A stretch of 64,000 nt of DNA from the NCBI RefSeq assembly GCF_009914755.1, contig NC_060934.1; one strand, 5' to 3'. Below are positions 50,735 to 64,000 of the stretch, one piece after another. This DNA comes from the human T2T-CHM13v2.0 reference genome, Homo sapiens. The notes beneath the pieces were generated by a model that made no database searches, had not been told where the DNA came from, and saw nothing but the letters and a program-made list of their open reading frames with translations. Position 1 is the stretch's first letter; each line of letters starts with the position of its first letter. The translations under genes and the position numbers were made by a program.

Positions 50735-51613
50735 ACCAGAGTATTTGAATTTTGCATTTTAAGCTGTGGGGAGTTGCTAAACCAGTAATAACTATAATAA
50801 GAATATCAACTAACGTTTGTCAGTACTGTTAATATCATTCACCAACTTTTAAAATCACCTATTATATTTGAAACTGTTTATTATCTCGGTGTCCCTAGAA
50901 AAGCAAGTACTGCATTAGGTGCATAAGAAGATGACCTTCATTGAAGGTCAATGAGCAAAATGTCCAATTTTTTTCTCAACTTGGCTGAATATGAGACAGA
51001 GGAGTTCCTCTGAGCAGGTGAGTTATGTAGCTTATGACTTACAAATGATCCCTAAAAACTTCTTATATGGTATGGTGTAAATGAAAGTACAAAATAATTT
51101 ATGACAGTACGTAGCAGAACAAAAGAGGAAAATATGTTTTAATTATCAATTAAAAATTACCTCCAAACTTCAAATATGAAAACCCACAAATAAATTGCAT
51201 CTCTATTGAAATAGCACAGGCACTTCATGGTTTAGATTTGTAGAAATGTCTCTGAAAACTCTGTATTTCCTACTTTTATGTTTGTTTATATTTAGGAGCA
51301 GCCTACACATAATTTGGCTCACTTAAAAGACTTTCTTAATGAGTAGTAATCTACATAGTTCCTTGCTGCTTTATTTTTTAGATTGGGCTGGGGAAGTCAA
51401 TAACCACTAGAAACTCTCAAACCAAGAAATTCTCCTGAAGCAATCTTTCAGCTGTAAACCACCTCAGCTAGGAACCCATTGTATTCCTATAAATTTCCTT
51501 CAGTATTCCTAAGACTAAACTAATCTGAACCTCATGACTGACAATGAGTTGAGAATGACCTTTTGCACCAGTGCATTAATTGTGAAAGCTTTCTGCAGCA
51601 GGAGCTAGGAAAT

Positions 51614-51676
51614 TACTCTTCTGAGTACAGCAGCCAGAGCACTGAAATGGCTCTGGCTGCTGTACTCAGAGGAGTA
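51614..51676. repeat. 27-bp inverted repeat with 9-nt loop
   Basis: tactcttctgagtacagcagccagagc / gctctggctgctgtactcagaggagta. Confidence 0.95.
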
Positions 51677-52758
51677 TTTTGAATGGCAATGCTTAACTCT
51701 TCAGCCACACATCGTCTACATTTTTATATTTTACAGACATTTTAGATGTGTCCATCATCCTCCAAGGAAATTGGATTTCTGAATAAGAAATTTCTTTTCA
51801 CCCTGTGATTTCTACATGATACTTATAGAAACAGTTTGACAGCTTTGGAGAGGATATCCTATGCTTCATGTAGACTTTCTGCTTACGGAGTTTAACACAC
51901 TCATAAATTTAGCTTTACTGACTTTACAATCTTTTATATGAGAACAGAAAAGTCAGCAAATTTGGAAATAGAAAGTTTATGTTCCGCCACATATAAAGTA
52001 TGCCAAGTAATACTTTGGCCACTTCACAAGGAAGAAAAGGATATATATCCAAATTTATATAACATTCAAGAAAATCTTTAATTATATTCCAGAGCTGATA
52101 ATTTAAAATTTATCTTCTATAATTTTATTTGTTTCCAAACTACCTGCTGCTGAGAGGAAAATAAGAATATGCAATTTGAAGGCATGGCTTGTAGTGTATC
52201 ATAGCTCTATTTATTATATTATGATATTCATCTACATACACTGAACTGAAATTGTAGAGTTCATTTATCATTTAGATCAACTTTTAAGAAGATATATTTC
52301 CAATTCTTACCTGTCCATCTCAAATTGAGCTCACTATATTCACTTTATGTATAAATGGTATGTATACATAAGCAAAATATAAATACAAGCAGTGATATAT
52401 TTATTGCACTTTGTATCTTAAACTAGTATACGTTTGCTTCCAGCAGTATTTTGATTTTACTGCAATTCAGATATTCTGATTATCTTTTACCTAAACTTTA
52501 ACAATCAAAACAACTTATCAGTCATCTAACTTTAAACTTCCTCTGAAATCATAGTCTTTGTACACGAAATCTAACTGGGGTTAAATGTTCTTCTTGTTCT
52601 CTCTGATTGAGCCTTCCCTGGGACATCTCATGCATAGAAAAGAGTTCACAAATAAAAATCGGTTAGAGCTGTGATTCAGTTTACATAAGATCTAGAAATA
52701 TAAGTTCCATAACTTCTAAACGAAGTCATATCCTTAAGCCATTCTTAAACTTAAAAGC

Positions 52759-52818
52759 GAATAACTCCAAACATCCCTGATTGAGTAACTCCAAACATCC
52801 CTGATTGAATAACTCAAA
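52759..52818. repeat. 24-bp tandem repeat (~2.5 copies)
   Basis: ga(a/g)taactccaaacatccctgatt. Confidence 0.93.
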
Positions 52819-52972
52819 ATAATAAGCTCATCAATCTGATAGGAATGTCAATCTCAGATACATTGCCAAGAAAATGAAAATGATGTAGTAAAGATTAAAT
52901 GAGAAAATGATGCCACATACTTAGCATAAATGCAAACACAAAATAAATACTCAAGTAAATAAAACCATTCTT

Positions 52973-53263
52973 TTTTTAAATGTATTCTAAAACAACAACA
53001 ATAACAACAACAACCACAACAACAAAACAGGATACAGGTGCAGAACGTGCAGGTTCGTTACATAGGTATACGTGTGCCATGGTGGATTGCTGCACCTATG
53101 ACCTGTCCTCCAAGTTCCCTCCCCTCATACCCTACCCCGCAACAGGCCCTCGTGTGTATTGTTCCCCTCTCTCTGTCTATGTGTTCTCATTGTAGAGTAA
53201 CTCCCACTTATGAGTGAGAACATGTGGTATTTGGTTTTCTGTTCCTGTGTCAGCCATAAAAAG
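52973..53263 (-). mobile_element. L1PA8-like 3' end
   Basis: ggatacaggtgcagaacgtgcagg..., with a (CAA)n tract. TSD aaataaaaccattctt at 52957-52972 and 53264-53279. Confidence 0.88.
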
Positions 53264-54516
53264 AAATAAAACCATTCTTAGGATGATATTTCTCCTTACC
53301 CTTCTCTTTTTACACCGAGAAGAATTATCACTTTGACAACTGACGCTCTCTTTCTTTCTTTCCTGAAAGTAAGTTACACTGTAACTTATATGAGTAAATG
53401 AGCCCTTTATATGAAGCTTAACATTTAAATTCTAAAGGATTCTTAAACACATGTGTAACAACACCATGTGTTAGTTAATCCTATCATAATATATCATGTT
53501 CATATATTAGATTAATACAATTAATCACATTCTAAATTGACAACATTTTCTGAGATCTTGGTTTCTTAATATTTGCAGTAGAAACAAATATTTTTTCTCA
53601 CCCTTGAGAATTAAAAGTGAAGCAGAAACTTTAGAGTCATGTTAAGTTGCTGACTATCTAACTTGGTTTCTGAATGATAAAGTAGACTCTAATGGTGATT
53701 GCTTTTTCAGTAACAACTTTCAGTAATATTTGTATTTTTCTATCACACCTTTCCCTGAAGAAGAAATGCTTTCAGATGAATAGGGAAAGACTCTCTAAGT
53801 ATAGGTTTGAGTTTTAGAATTGGCTAGATTGGAGAGTTTTAGATGGAAGAGGGAGGTATCAATCAAGTACAGAAGTTAATGCTACAATAATTACTTGGGA
53901 AAATTCTCACACTTCAGTGATTGCCAATCAGCCTGCACTACTTACTGAGTGAAATGTCTATGGTTATCAGAAATCGTACAAGAAAAAACCAAACCGAAAC
54001 AAAAAATAGTGTAGTTCTTTTTTTCTCAACGAAGTATATTTAAGAGCATTAATTTAGATCCAACTAGGCCTAGGTTTGAGCACAGGATTTTCCACTGTGA
54101 TTAACTTAAACTCTCTTGTTTGAAGTTGTCTCACCTATAAAATTTGGGACAATTGTGGTAATTCCAGAATGAAAATAAAATGATGTACATACATCATTTA
54201 GTATATTAAAAATTCTCAATAAGAATTGATTTTTCTGTTAATATGATTATAATATAATTTGAGGCTACAACTAAAGAATGAAATGAATAGAAATGTAAAC
54301 AGAATGGTCACTTTTGAAAGGGCTTATTCTGTTTAGAAGAATGTATAGACATGATCAAATAAATGTTCAGATAAATTTATAGAGATGTCAAATAATAACT
54401 GCAAATTGTGCAATTCAACTAAAATGTCGAGAGACAATGAGACAAATACCTTTTTTATTCAAGTTTTAAGAAAAATTACTGAAGTTTAGAAAATCTATGG
54501 AATAAATAGAACAATA

Positions 54517-56700
54517 CAGGCATACCTTGTTTTGCTGCTCTTTGCTTTATTTCACTCCACAAATATTCCAATTTTTACAAATTGAAGTTTTGTGGCAACC
54601 TGGTGTCCAACAAATCTATCGGCATTGTTTTTCCAATAGCATGTGCTCACTTCATGTCTCTGTGTCTATGTTTTGGAAATTATCATAATATTTCAAACTT
54701 TATTATTATTATTATTTGTTATAGAGATCAGCGGTCTTTGAGATCAACTACTATTGTAGTTGATTTGGGCCACCACAAACCAGGTCCATAGAAGATGATA
54801 AACTTAACTGATACATGTTGAATGTGTTATGACTGCTCCACCCACTTCAGCTTCCCTGTTTCCAGAGGCACACAATATTCAAATTAGGCCAACTAATAAT
54901 TGTACAGTGGTCTCTAAGTGTTCAAATGAAAGGAGGAGTCCCAGGCCTCTCATTTTTAATCACAAGCTAAAAATAAATAAGCTTAGTGAGAAAGGCATGT
55001 TGAAAGCCCAGAGGCCAAAAGCTAGGCCTCAAGCACCAAACAGCCAACTTGTGAATGCAAAGGAAAAGTTCTTGAGGGAAACTCAAAAAGTGCTACTTCA
55101 GTGAGCACATGAATGATAAGAAAACAAAACAGTCACACACCAGGGCCTGTTGTGGGGTAGGGGGAGGGGGAGGGGGAAGGGATAACATTAGGAGATATAA
55201 CTAATGTTAAATGATGAGTTAATGGGTGCAGCACACCAACATGGCACACGTATACATATGTAACAAACCTGCACGTTGTGCACATGTACCCTAAAACTTA
55301 AAGTATAAACAAAACAAAACAAAACAGTCTGATTGTGGATATAGAGAAAGTGCTACTGGTTTGGATAGAAAATCAAACCAACCACAACATTCCCTTAAAC
55401 CAAAGCCTAATCCAGAACAAGGCCTTAACTCTCTTAAATTCTGTGAAAACTGAGAGAGGACAGGAAGCTGCAGATGTTTGAAGTTAGCAGAGGTTGTTTA
55501 TAACATTTAATGAAAGAAGTCATCTCCATAACATAAAAGTGTAAGATGAAGTAGCAAGTGTTAATGGGTAAGCTATAGCAACTTATCTGGAAAATTTAGC
55601 TAAGATCATTGTTGAAGGTGGCTACACTGAACAAGAGATTTTTAATATAGATGAAAATACCTTCTATGGAAGGATGCCGTGTAAAACTTTCATAACTAGA
55701 GAGAAGTCAATGCCTGGCTTCAAAGCATCAAAGTACAGGCTGACTATCTTGTTATGGATGAATGTAGGTGGTGACTTTAAGTTGAGGCTGATACTTACTG
55801 ACCATTCTGAAAATCGGAGGGTTGTTAAGATTATGCCAAGTCTACTATAACTGTGCTCTATGAATGGAATAACAAAGCCTGGATAACAGCCCATATATTT
55901 ACAAGATAGATATGAATATTAATTTTTTCCATTGGGGCTTCAAATGAATATTTAAGCCCCAATGGAAAAAAAAAGATTATTTTCAAAGTATCACTGCTCA
56001 TTGACAATGCACCTAGTCACCCATAAGCTCTGATGGAGATGTACAGGGAGATCAGTGTTGCTGTGATGCCTGCCAGCACAACATCCATTCTACAGCCCAT
56101 GGATCAAGGAGTAATTTTGACATTCAAGTTTTATTATTTAAGAAATACATTTCACAAGACTATAGCTGGCATAGGTAGCAATTCTTCTTATGTATCTGGG
56201 CAAAGTAAATTGAAGACCTTCCATTCTAGATGCCATTAAGAACATTTATAAATTATAGGAGGAGATCAAATAACAACTTTATCAGGAGTTTGGAAGAAGT
56301 TGATTCCAACACTCATGAATGACTTCGAGAGGTTAAGACTTCAGTGTAGATAATACCTACAGATGTGGTAGAAATTGCAAGGGAACTAGAATTAGAAGTG
56401 GAGCCTAAATATATGACTGAATTGCTGCAATCTCATGATAAAATATACACAAATGAGCAACTGTTTTGTGTGGATGAATACAAAAAAAGTGGTTTCTTGA
56501 GATAAAATCTATTCCTGGTGAAGATGCCATGAACTCCATTGAAATGACAACAAAGAATTTAGAATATTACATAAGTTTAGTTGACAAAGCAGTGGCAGGT
56601 TTTGAGAGGACTGACTCCCATTTTGAAAACATTTCTACTGAGGGTTAAATGCTATCAAACAGCACTGAAATCTATGGGGAAATCTTTCATGAAAGAAGAA
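54517..56700 (+). mobile_element. Tigger1 DNA transposon, nearly full length, decayed transposase, right end missing
   Basis: ta|caggcatacct left TIR. Transposase remnant [29 protein letters not shown] in ORF 56033-56239. Confidence 0.93.
55135..55315 (+). mobile_element. L1PA 3' terminal fragment nested in Tigger1
   Basis: G-rich tract and ...gtaccctaaaacttaaagtata. TSD aaaacaaaacagtc. Confidence 0.92.
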
Positions 56701-57049
56701 AAGTAGCACTGGCAGTTGAAAGTTAAAAGCTTCCCATTTCTGATCAAAAAGATTCTTTCAAATCAGAAAATAAATGAAAAAAAAAACCGCCCTATTTTTG
56801 TATTTTAATTTCCACCCTAAATTTCTACTTCGAGCTTTATTTTAGCATGCCCATTCCTTAGGTTTCCTTTTGTTTTGAATAATACTTCCATAGCTATCCT
56901 GAAAACTTTGAACAAGTTAAAGTAAAATGATGTGATTATAAGTTAAGTCATTGCAGGGATGGATGTTTTTATCTATGTATGTGTATTTTTCCCCAACATC
57001 TCCCCTGACCATCAGGCTGTCATCTTATAGGATACAGTGGAAATTTACG

Positions 57050-57168
57050 TTTCTTTTAGAGATGGTGTATCACTATGTTGCCCAGACTGGACTCAGATTC
57101 CTGGGGATCAAGCACTCCTTGGCCTCCTGTGTAGCTGGGATTACAAATGCACATCACTGAACCCAGCT
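57050..57168 (-). mobile_element. FLAM-like Alu monomer
   Basis: tagagatgg...cactatgttgcccag...gctgggattaca. Confidence 0.75.
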
Positions 57169-57703
57169 AGTGCCAATTTTTGAAGATATTATTGTTATTA
57201 TGTCTTTGCAGAAATAAAGTTATTTTATTTATTTGTAGTTACTACAGAAGAAATGACTTTGATAGATAAAAATCAGTAACAAATTTCAAATAGAATGGAA
57301 AGAGTAAATTATCTAAAATATCAGAAATAACTTGTTTTAGCTTATATATACTTGATAGTTTAAAAAATATTTTTCTCTCAAAGTAGCATACTATATTTCT
57401 GTTGTGAAATTATTTAGTTCACATATCATGATCTTTTAAACTTATTTTATTTACAGGTATATCTGCATATAAATTTAAATCTTCATGTTGAAAATACATG
57501 ATTACCCGAGAACACAGTTTAATTTATTTAAAACAGTTACATTATGTTAGACTTATATTTTGTTTTTATTTTTTCATTATGTATATCGCTATGCTTATTG
57601 AAATGTGTGTATATATATATATATATATACCTCTTTACATGCTTGCAATAGTTAACCTCTGCAGAAATGTTTATGCTTATTTTTGCTTATTCCATTTATG
57701 GTC

Positions 57704-57942
57704 AGAGAGAGAGAGAGAAAAGGAAGGAAGGAAGGAAGGAAGGAAGGAAGGAAGGAAGGAAGGAAGGGGAAGGGGGAAGGGGAAGGGAGGAAGGGAGGAA
57801 GGGAGGGAGGAAGGGAGGAAGGGAGGGAGGAAGGGAGGAAGGAAGTAAGGAAGAGGCAAGGAAGGCAAGGAAGGCCGGCAGGAAGGAAGAAAAGCAGGAA
57901 GGGATGGAGGGAGAGTGAAAAAAAGAAAAAGAAAAGAAAAAA
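57704..57942. repeat. Polypurine tract including (GGAA)11
   Basis: GGAA x11 at 57722-57765, then GGGA/GGAA variants. Confidence 0.97.
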
Positions 57943-58659
57943 TAGCCAGGAAGACTGTTCTTACATAAAAACGTTCTCACCTATTGGTTATTTCTTATTC
58001 TAACAGGCACTTACGATACTATTTAGGCCACCTGCTAAGTTCTGTATACAGTGGCATCTGTACATTCCCTTCTTATCATTGGTAGAGAGACTCCTAAATC
58101 AATACTCACTCATCCTGAGAGTGAGCTTTAATATAGTATGGGTGGTATTTATAAGTAATGAAGCAGTCAAGAGGAGAAACAAGTCCATGTTTATCTGAAA
58201 TGACTATCTTCTCATTCAATGCAGTTACAGCCACCTACAGAAAGGGAAAATCATCCAAACAGAATTTAAGAAAGAAAGTTTACATTCGCTTGACTGGAAA
58301 TCACAGGCAAATTGCTTTGTTGGCATGGGATAAATGAAAGTTAAACACGTTTGGATATTAGGAGAGACAAGCTAATTTGAAGTATTGGAATTAAAAAATT
58401 AAGTACATAGATTTCTTGAAACAATCACTCACAGATACAGTGACATGGGTTTGCTCAAAGAATAGAGAAGACTGGCACATTTTGACAGAATGTTGCCTTG
58501 GGTTTATTATTTGCATCAGATCTGCTCAATAGTTTAGTGCTGTATAGATTCTGTGTTTAGAAGGATTCCGAGGGTGTCTGTTGCTGAGCAGAGAAAAAGC
58601 TACACACTATTTGCTATATCAGCCAGGGGAAATGGAATGAGATGAGATATTTGTCATTC

Positions 58660-58900
58660 ATGTGGTAGTGCAAAGATCTGCAGCTGTGCTGCCTTACAGA
58701 ACCTGGTTTTCCACCCTCTACATCATTTCAAAACTATATAAATTTGATCAATTACTTAACCTTTTTAATTCTCTATTTTCAATTTTATCACTTGTAAAAT
58801 GAAGATAATAACAGCTACCCTGATTACCTACAGTGAATTTAGAGGTCATAGATAAATGTTCTAACATTATGCCTGGCACATGATAGCCAACATTTACCTA
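58660..58900 (+). mobile_element. MIR
   Basis: ttacttaacct...tgtaaaatgaagataataacagctacc...tgcctggcaca. Confidence 0.65.
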
Positions 58901-60117
58901 GTGCCTTCTATTATCATGATTTCTTCCCTGACAACTGAGCCACTTTTTATCTTTAGAAGGCACCATTTTTTAACTATTGCCAGTGTCATTTGTGTAAAAG
59001 TTTCTTAGTAAAGCAGTCTTTGATAATGATTATGACTTTTCTGTGTCCTCAAGAAGGGTTCCTTGACTTATATAATAAATTCTTCTTTGTCTTTCACATT
59101 TAAAAGGGAAAGTCAATATTAATCAAATGAGTGTGTTCATAAAAGTAATGTCCTCCTCTTCGGAAGAGGAAAAACAGCATTGGTTTACCCAAAATCTGTT
59201 TCTGTGCTTAGAATAAAGATCTAGTGTCTGAAATCATAATGGCATTCTAACAAAGGATTAAACAAATAACTTCAGAAAACATAATACACCTTAATGATAT
59301 TTCAAAGTATTTATCAATGTTATTGTCAACTTTGAAAGGTGAGAATTTTGTAACATGATTTGACAATGCTTAACTACAGGTTTTATGTAAAAAAAAAACT
59401 AGTCACTTACATGTTCCTCAAATTATTAGTTCATATGTTACGGAAGAAAATGTTTGCCACATTTCTGAATAAAAGTCATCAAAATATTGTGATCTAGATG
59501 TCATGTAAACTGAATTACCAAGACCCTATCTTAAGTGACTCTATCAAGACCCATAACCAGAAGTAACAAAATCTCTGAAGGAAAGGATTTCTGCATGTTT
59601 TCAATATGACAGAAAATTATTTTTTATTGTTCTATGATGATAATGATGGCAATGCAGTCCCACCTCACTTTTGAAACCAGACTTCAGTGTTTCTCTGAAT
59701 ACTTTTAAGTGTGGCCAACAGCAAAGTGGCTGAAGTAGTAGGATTGAAGACTGTTAGCCTTAAGGACAAAAATGGTAATATAATTTTCATCATACTATAA
59801 TTTTACCTAATATTCCTTATATTGAATGTCAGGAGAAATATATTCATATATATTATTTCCATTAATGCATTTTAATAATATATTTAGAATGTTACATTAT
59901 TTAGCATCTCAGTAGCAATAAATAGTTTTTTATTTCTTTATCTTTTTAACACTTTGTAAAGAAAATACATTTTACTGGTAAGTTATGCATTGCATAGGGG
60001 AAAACAAATGGACAAAATGAACATATGAAAATCAGCTATGCCTTAATGATTATATTTTATGTATTTTAAATATAGTATTCCTAAATCTATTTTACAAATG
60101 ATGCTCAGTAAAATCCT

Positions 60118-63100
60118 TATCCTCTCCATTGCAGCAGGTTCCCAGCATGAAGGGGCTAAACTAACAAAGCTAGGGGCCTGGCATTAGCCCCCCAGAGTTA
60201 CTGCAAGCAGGCCTGGAGTACTAAACTAATCTTTGGCCCCCTGAGATCTTCCAGAGACAAAGTCAATCGACTGAACCCACCATATTCCTCTATCAAACTC
60301 CCAAGGGAATCAAAGAAGATAAAAGCAAATACCTTATCCAAAGGGCAGCAACTTCCAAGATTGAAGGAACATCTGCCCACACAGATTAGAATGTACCAGC
60401 ATGAGAACTCTGGACGCTAAAAAATCCAGGGTGATCATCCTCCAGATGATCATGCTAGTTCCCCAGCAATGGTTCTTAACCAGGCTGAAATGACCGAAAT
60501 GCCAGAAACAGAATTAAGAATATTGATAGGGATGAAGATTACTGAGATTCAAGAGAAACTCAAAACCCAATCCAAGGAGTCTAAGGAATACAATACAACA
60601 ATACAAGAACTGAAAGACAAAATAGCCATTTTAAGAAAAAACAAAGCTGATCTGATAGAGCTGAAAAACTCACTTCAATAATTTCAAAATACAATTGCAA
60701 GTATCAACGCAAAATCAACCAAGTGGAGCAAAGAATCTCAGAGGTTAAGTCTGGTACTACAAATTAATTGTCATACAAAAATAAAGAAAAAAGAATAAAG
60801 AATGGACAAAACCTTTGAGAACTATGGGATTATGTAAAAAGACCAAATCTCTGGCTCCTTGGCATCCCTATAGGAGAAAGAGTAAGAAAGAAAGCAAGTT
60901 GGAAACCATATTTTGGGATATAGGCCATGAAAATTCTCCAACCTCACCCAAGGGCCAACACTTAAATTCAGAAAATACAGAGAACCCCTGTGAGATACTA
61001 TACAAGGTGGCCATCCCCAAGAAATGTAGCCGGAAGATTCTCCTAGGTCAAAATGAAAGAAAAAATGTTAAATGCTGCTAGAAAGAGGCAGCAAGTCACC
61101 TACAAAGGCAACTACATCAGGCAAACAGTGGATCTTTTAGAAGAAACCCTAAAAGCCTGAAGAGATTAGGGGCCTATATTCAGTATATTTTTTAAGTGAT
61201 AATGCTTCAGATTTCTTCCTACATAATTAGAAAAAATAATCACAACAAATTGGAGAGGAAATACAATAACCTTAAAGATAATCTGGGTCTTATCTAATTC
61301 CAACCAAAAATTTCATATCTAGCCAAACTAAGTTTCATAAGTGAAAGAGATTAAGATTCTTTTCAGATAAGCAAATGTTAAGGAAATTTGTTAGCACATG
61401 ACCTGCCTTAAAAGAGGTCCTTAAAGGAGTGTTAAATATGGAAAGGAAAGACTGTTACAAGACATTATAAAAACACACTTTAGTACATAAATCGACATTC
61501 TAAAGCAACTACACAATCAAGTCTGCATAATGGCCAGCTAAAAACATGATTAAAGGATCATATCTGCACATATCAGTATTAACCTTGAATGTAAATGAGC
61601 TAAATAACCTAATTAAAAGGCATAGAGTGGCATGCTGAATAAAGAAGAAAGACCCAACTGTATGCTGTCTTCAAGAGAACTATTTCACAAGCAATGACAC
61701 ACAGAATCTCAAATTAAAGGGATGGAGAAAAATCAATCAGACAAACAGAAAAGAGAAAAAAGCATGGGTTGCTATTTTAATTTAAGAAAAAACAGAGTTT
61801 AAACACACAAGCAATTAAAAAGACAAAGAAGAGCATTACATAATTGTAAAAGTTTCAATTCAACAAGAAATCCCAGCTATCCTAAATATATACATGCCCA
61901 ACACAGGGGCATCCAGATTTATAAAACAAGCTCTTAGAGACCTACAAAGAGACTTAGATAACCACACACCAGTAGTGGGAGACTTCCAACAGCCCACTGA
62001 CAGTATTAGACAGATAATCAAGGCAGAAAATTAACAAATATATTTGGAACCTGAACTTGACACTTAGCCAAATGGACCTAACAGACATAGACAGAACTTT
62101 CCACCAAAAAACAACATAATATACATTCTTCTCATCTGTACATGACACATACTATATAATCAACCACACAATCACCCATAAGACAATCCTCAGCATATGC
62201 AACAAAATTGAAATCATACCAACTGCACTGTCAGACCACAGCACAATAAAAATGTAAATCAATACTAAGAAGATCACTCAAAATCATACAAATACATCAA
62301 AATGAAAAAAGCTACTCCTGGATTACAATGTGGGTAAACAATGAGATTAAGGCAGAAATCAAGGAATTATTTGAAATGAATAACAAAGATACAACACATC
62401 AGAATCTCTAGGACACAGCTAAAGCAGTGTTAAACAAAAATAAACAAACCCTAAAGCTAGCAGAAGACAACAAAAAACCAGAGTCAGATCTGAACTGAAT
62501 GAAATAAATTAAGACCTGAAAACCATACAAAAGATCAACAAATTTAGTGGTTGTTTCTTTGAAAAAATAAATAAGATTGATAAGTAGGCTACTGAAAAAT
62601 AAAGGTCTGAATATCCACAATCAGAAATGACAAAGGGGACATTACTTCCAATTCCACAGAAATACAAAAAAAAAAAAAAAAACCTTCAAGTAATATTACA
62701 AACATGTCTATGCACACAAACTAGAAAACCTAGAAAAACTGATAAATTCCTGGAAATACAACCTTGCAAGATTGAACTAGGAAGAAATTGCAACCCTGAA
62801 CAGAGAAATAATGAGTTCCAAAATTAAATAAGTACTACAACGCCTACCAACCAGCAAAAGGCTTGGACCAGATATATCCACAGCTGAATTCTACCAGATG
62901 TATAAAGAAGAGCTGCATCATTTCTACTGAAACTATTCCAAAAACATTGAGAAGGAGCAACTCCTCCTCACTGATTCTATGAGTCATGCATCATTCTGAT
63001 ATCAAAACCTGGCAGAACACAACAACAATAACAACAAAAGAAAACTTCAAGCCAGTATTCTTGATGGACATAAATCCAAAAATCCTCAGAAACAAACAAA

Positions 63101-64000
63101 CAAACAAAAACTAGCAAACCAAATCCAGCAGCATTCTAAAAGCTCATTCACCATGATCAAGTAGGCTTTATCCCTGTGATGCAAGGTTGGTTCAACATAT
63201 GCAAAGTTAGTAAATATGATTCACCACATCAACATAATTCACAACAAATCCACATGTTCATCTCAATAGATGCAGAAAAGTCTGTTGATAAAATTCAGCA
63301 GCCCTTGAGGTTAAAAACCTCCACCAAATAAGGCATTGAGTAAACATACCACAAAATAGTAAGAGCCGTCTATGACAAACCCACCGGAAATATCATACTG
63401 AATGAGCAAAAGCAGGAAGTGTCCCCTGCTGAGAACCAGAGGAAGAAAAGAATGCCCACTCCTACCATTCCTATTTAACATAGTACTTCAAGTCCTAGCC
63501 AGAGCAATAAGGCAAGGGAAAAAAAATAAAAATATACAAATAGGAAGAGAGGAAGTCAAACTGTCTCTATGTGCAGATTATATGATTCTATATGTAGGAA
63601 ACCCCATAGTCTCTGCCCAAAAGCACCTAGATCTGATAAACAAATTCAGAAAAGTTTTAGAATACAAAATCAATGTACAAAAATCAGTAGCATTTCTATA
63701 CACTAACAACATCCAAGATGAGAGCCAAATCAAGAAGGTAATTGCTTTCACAATAGTCACAAAAACGTAAAATACCTAAAAATATAGTTAACCAGGGAGG
63801 CAAAAGGTACCTATAATGAGAATTACAAAACATTGAGGAAATAAATCAGAAATAACATAACGGGAAAAACATTCCATACTCATATATAGCAAGAATCAAT
63901 ACTGTAAAAAGTGCAATACTTCCCAAAGCAATTTAAAAGAACAAAGCTGGAGGCATCACATTACCTAACTTCAAACTACAGTGTAAGGCTGCAATAACCA
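60118..64000 (+). mobile_element. Decayed L1 (L1PA13-16-like): partial 5'UTR, ORF1, ORF2 from ~61547, continues beyond the window
   Basis: ORF1 remnant (60469-60681) and RT remnant (63402-63770, [11 protein letters not shown] = degenerate FADD motif). Confidence 0.93.

Noticed and set aside
54517-56700. Domesticated Tigger transposase gene
   Set aside because: The frame is broken by stops, indels and an L1 insertion; only fragments remain.

Overview
Human (primate) genomic DNA, very AT-rich and repeat-dense, lying inside the PCDH15 (protocadherin-15; Usher 1F/DFNB23) gene, which is transcribed on the minus strand. The only coding sequence I can support is the 119-nt first coding exon at 24246-24364 (-). 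It encodes [30 protein letters not shown](D) and is absent from the supplied ORF track. The rest is intron (intron 2 to the left, intron 1 to the right), filled with Alu, L1 (two long decayed copies antisense to the gene), L2, MIR, MaLR/ERV LTRs and Tigger/hAT DNA transposons. The listed ORFs are repeat-derived or chance. I found no convincing new biological 'system'. The most notable unexplained structures are: (i) a 105-bp near-perfect palindrome at the 5' junction of a young L1 that also carries a short 3' transduction; (ii) a GC-rich pre-miRNA-sized hairpin in unique sequence at 51614-51676; (iii) a strong AG|GT recursive-splice-like site 1.6 kb upstream of the coding exon; (iv) several candidate cryptic exons, one in-frame and sandwiched between two copies of a ~230-bp duplication; (v) a candidate antisense terminal exon. 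Repeat subfamily names are from memory of consensus sequences and need RepeatMasker/Dfam confirmation.
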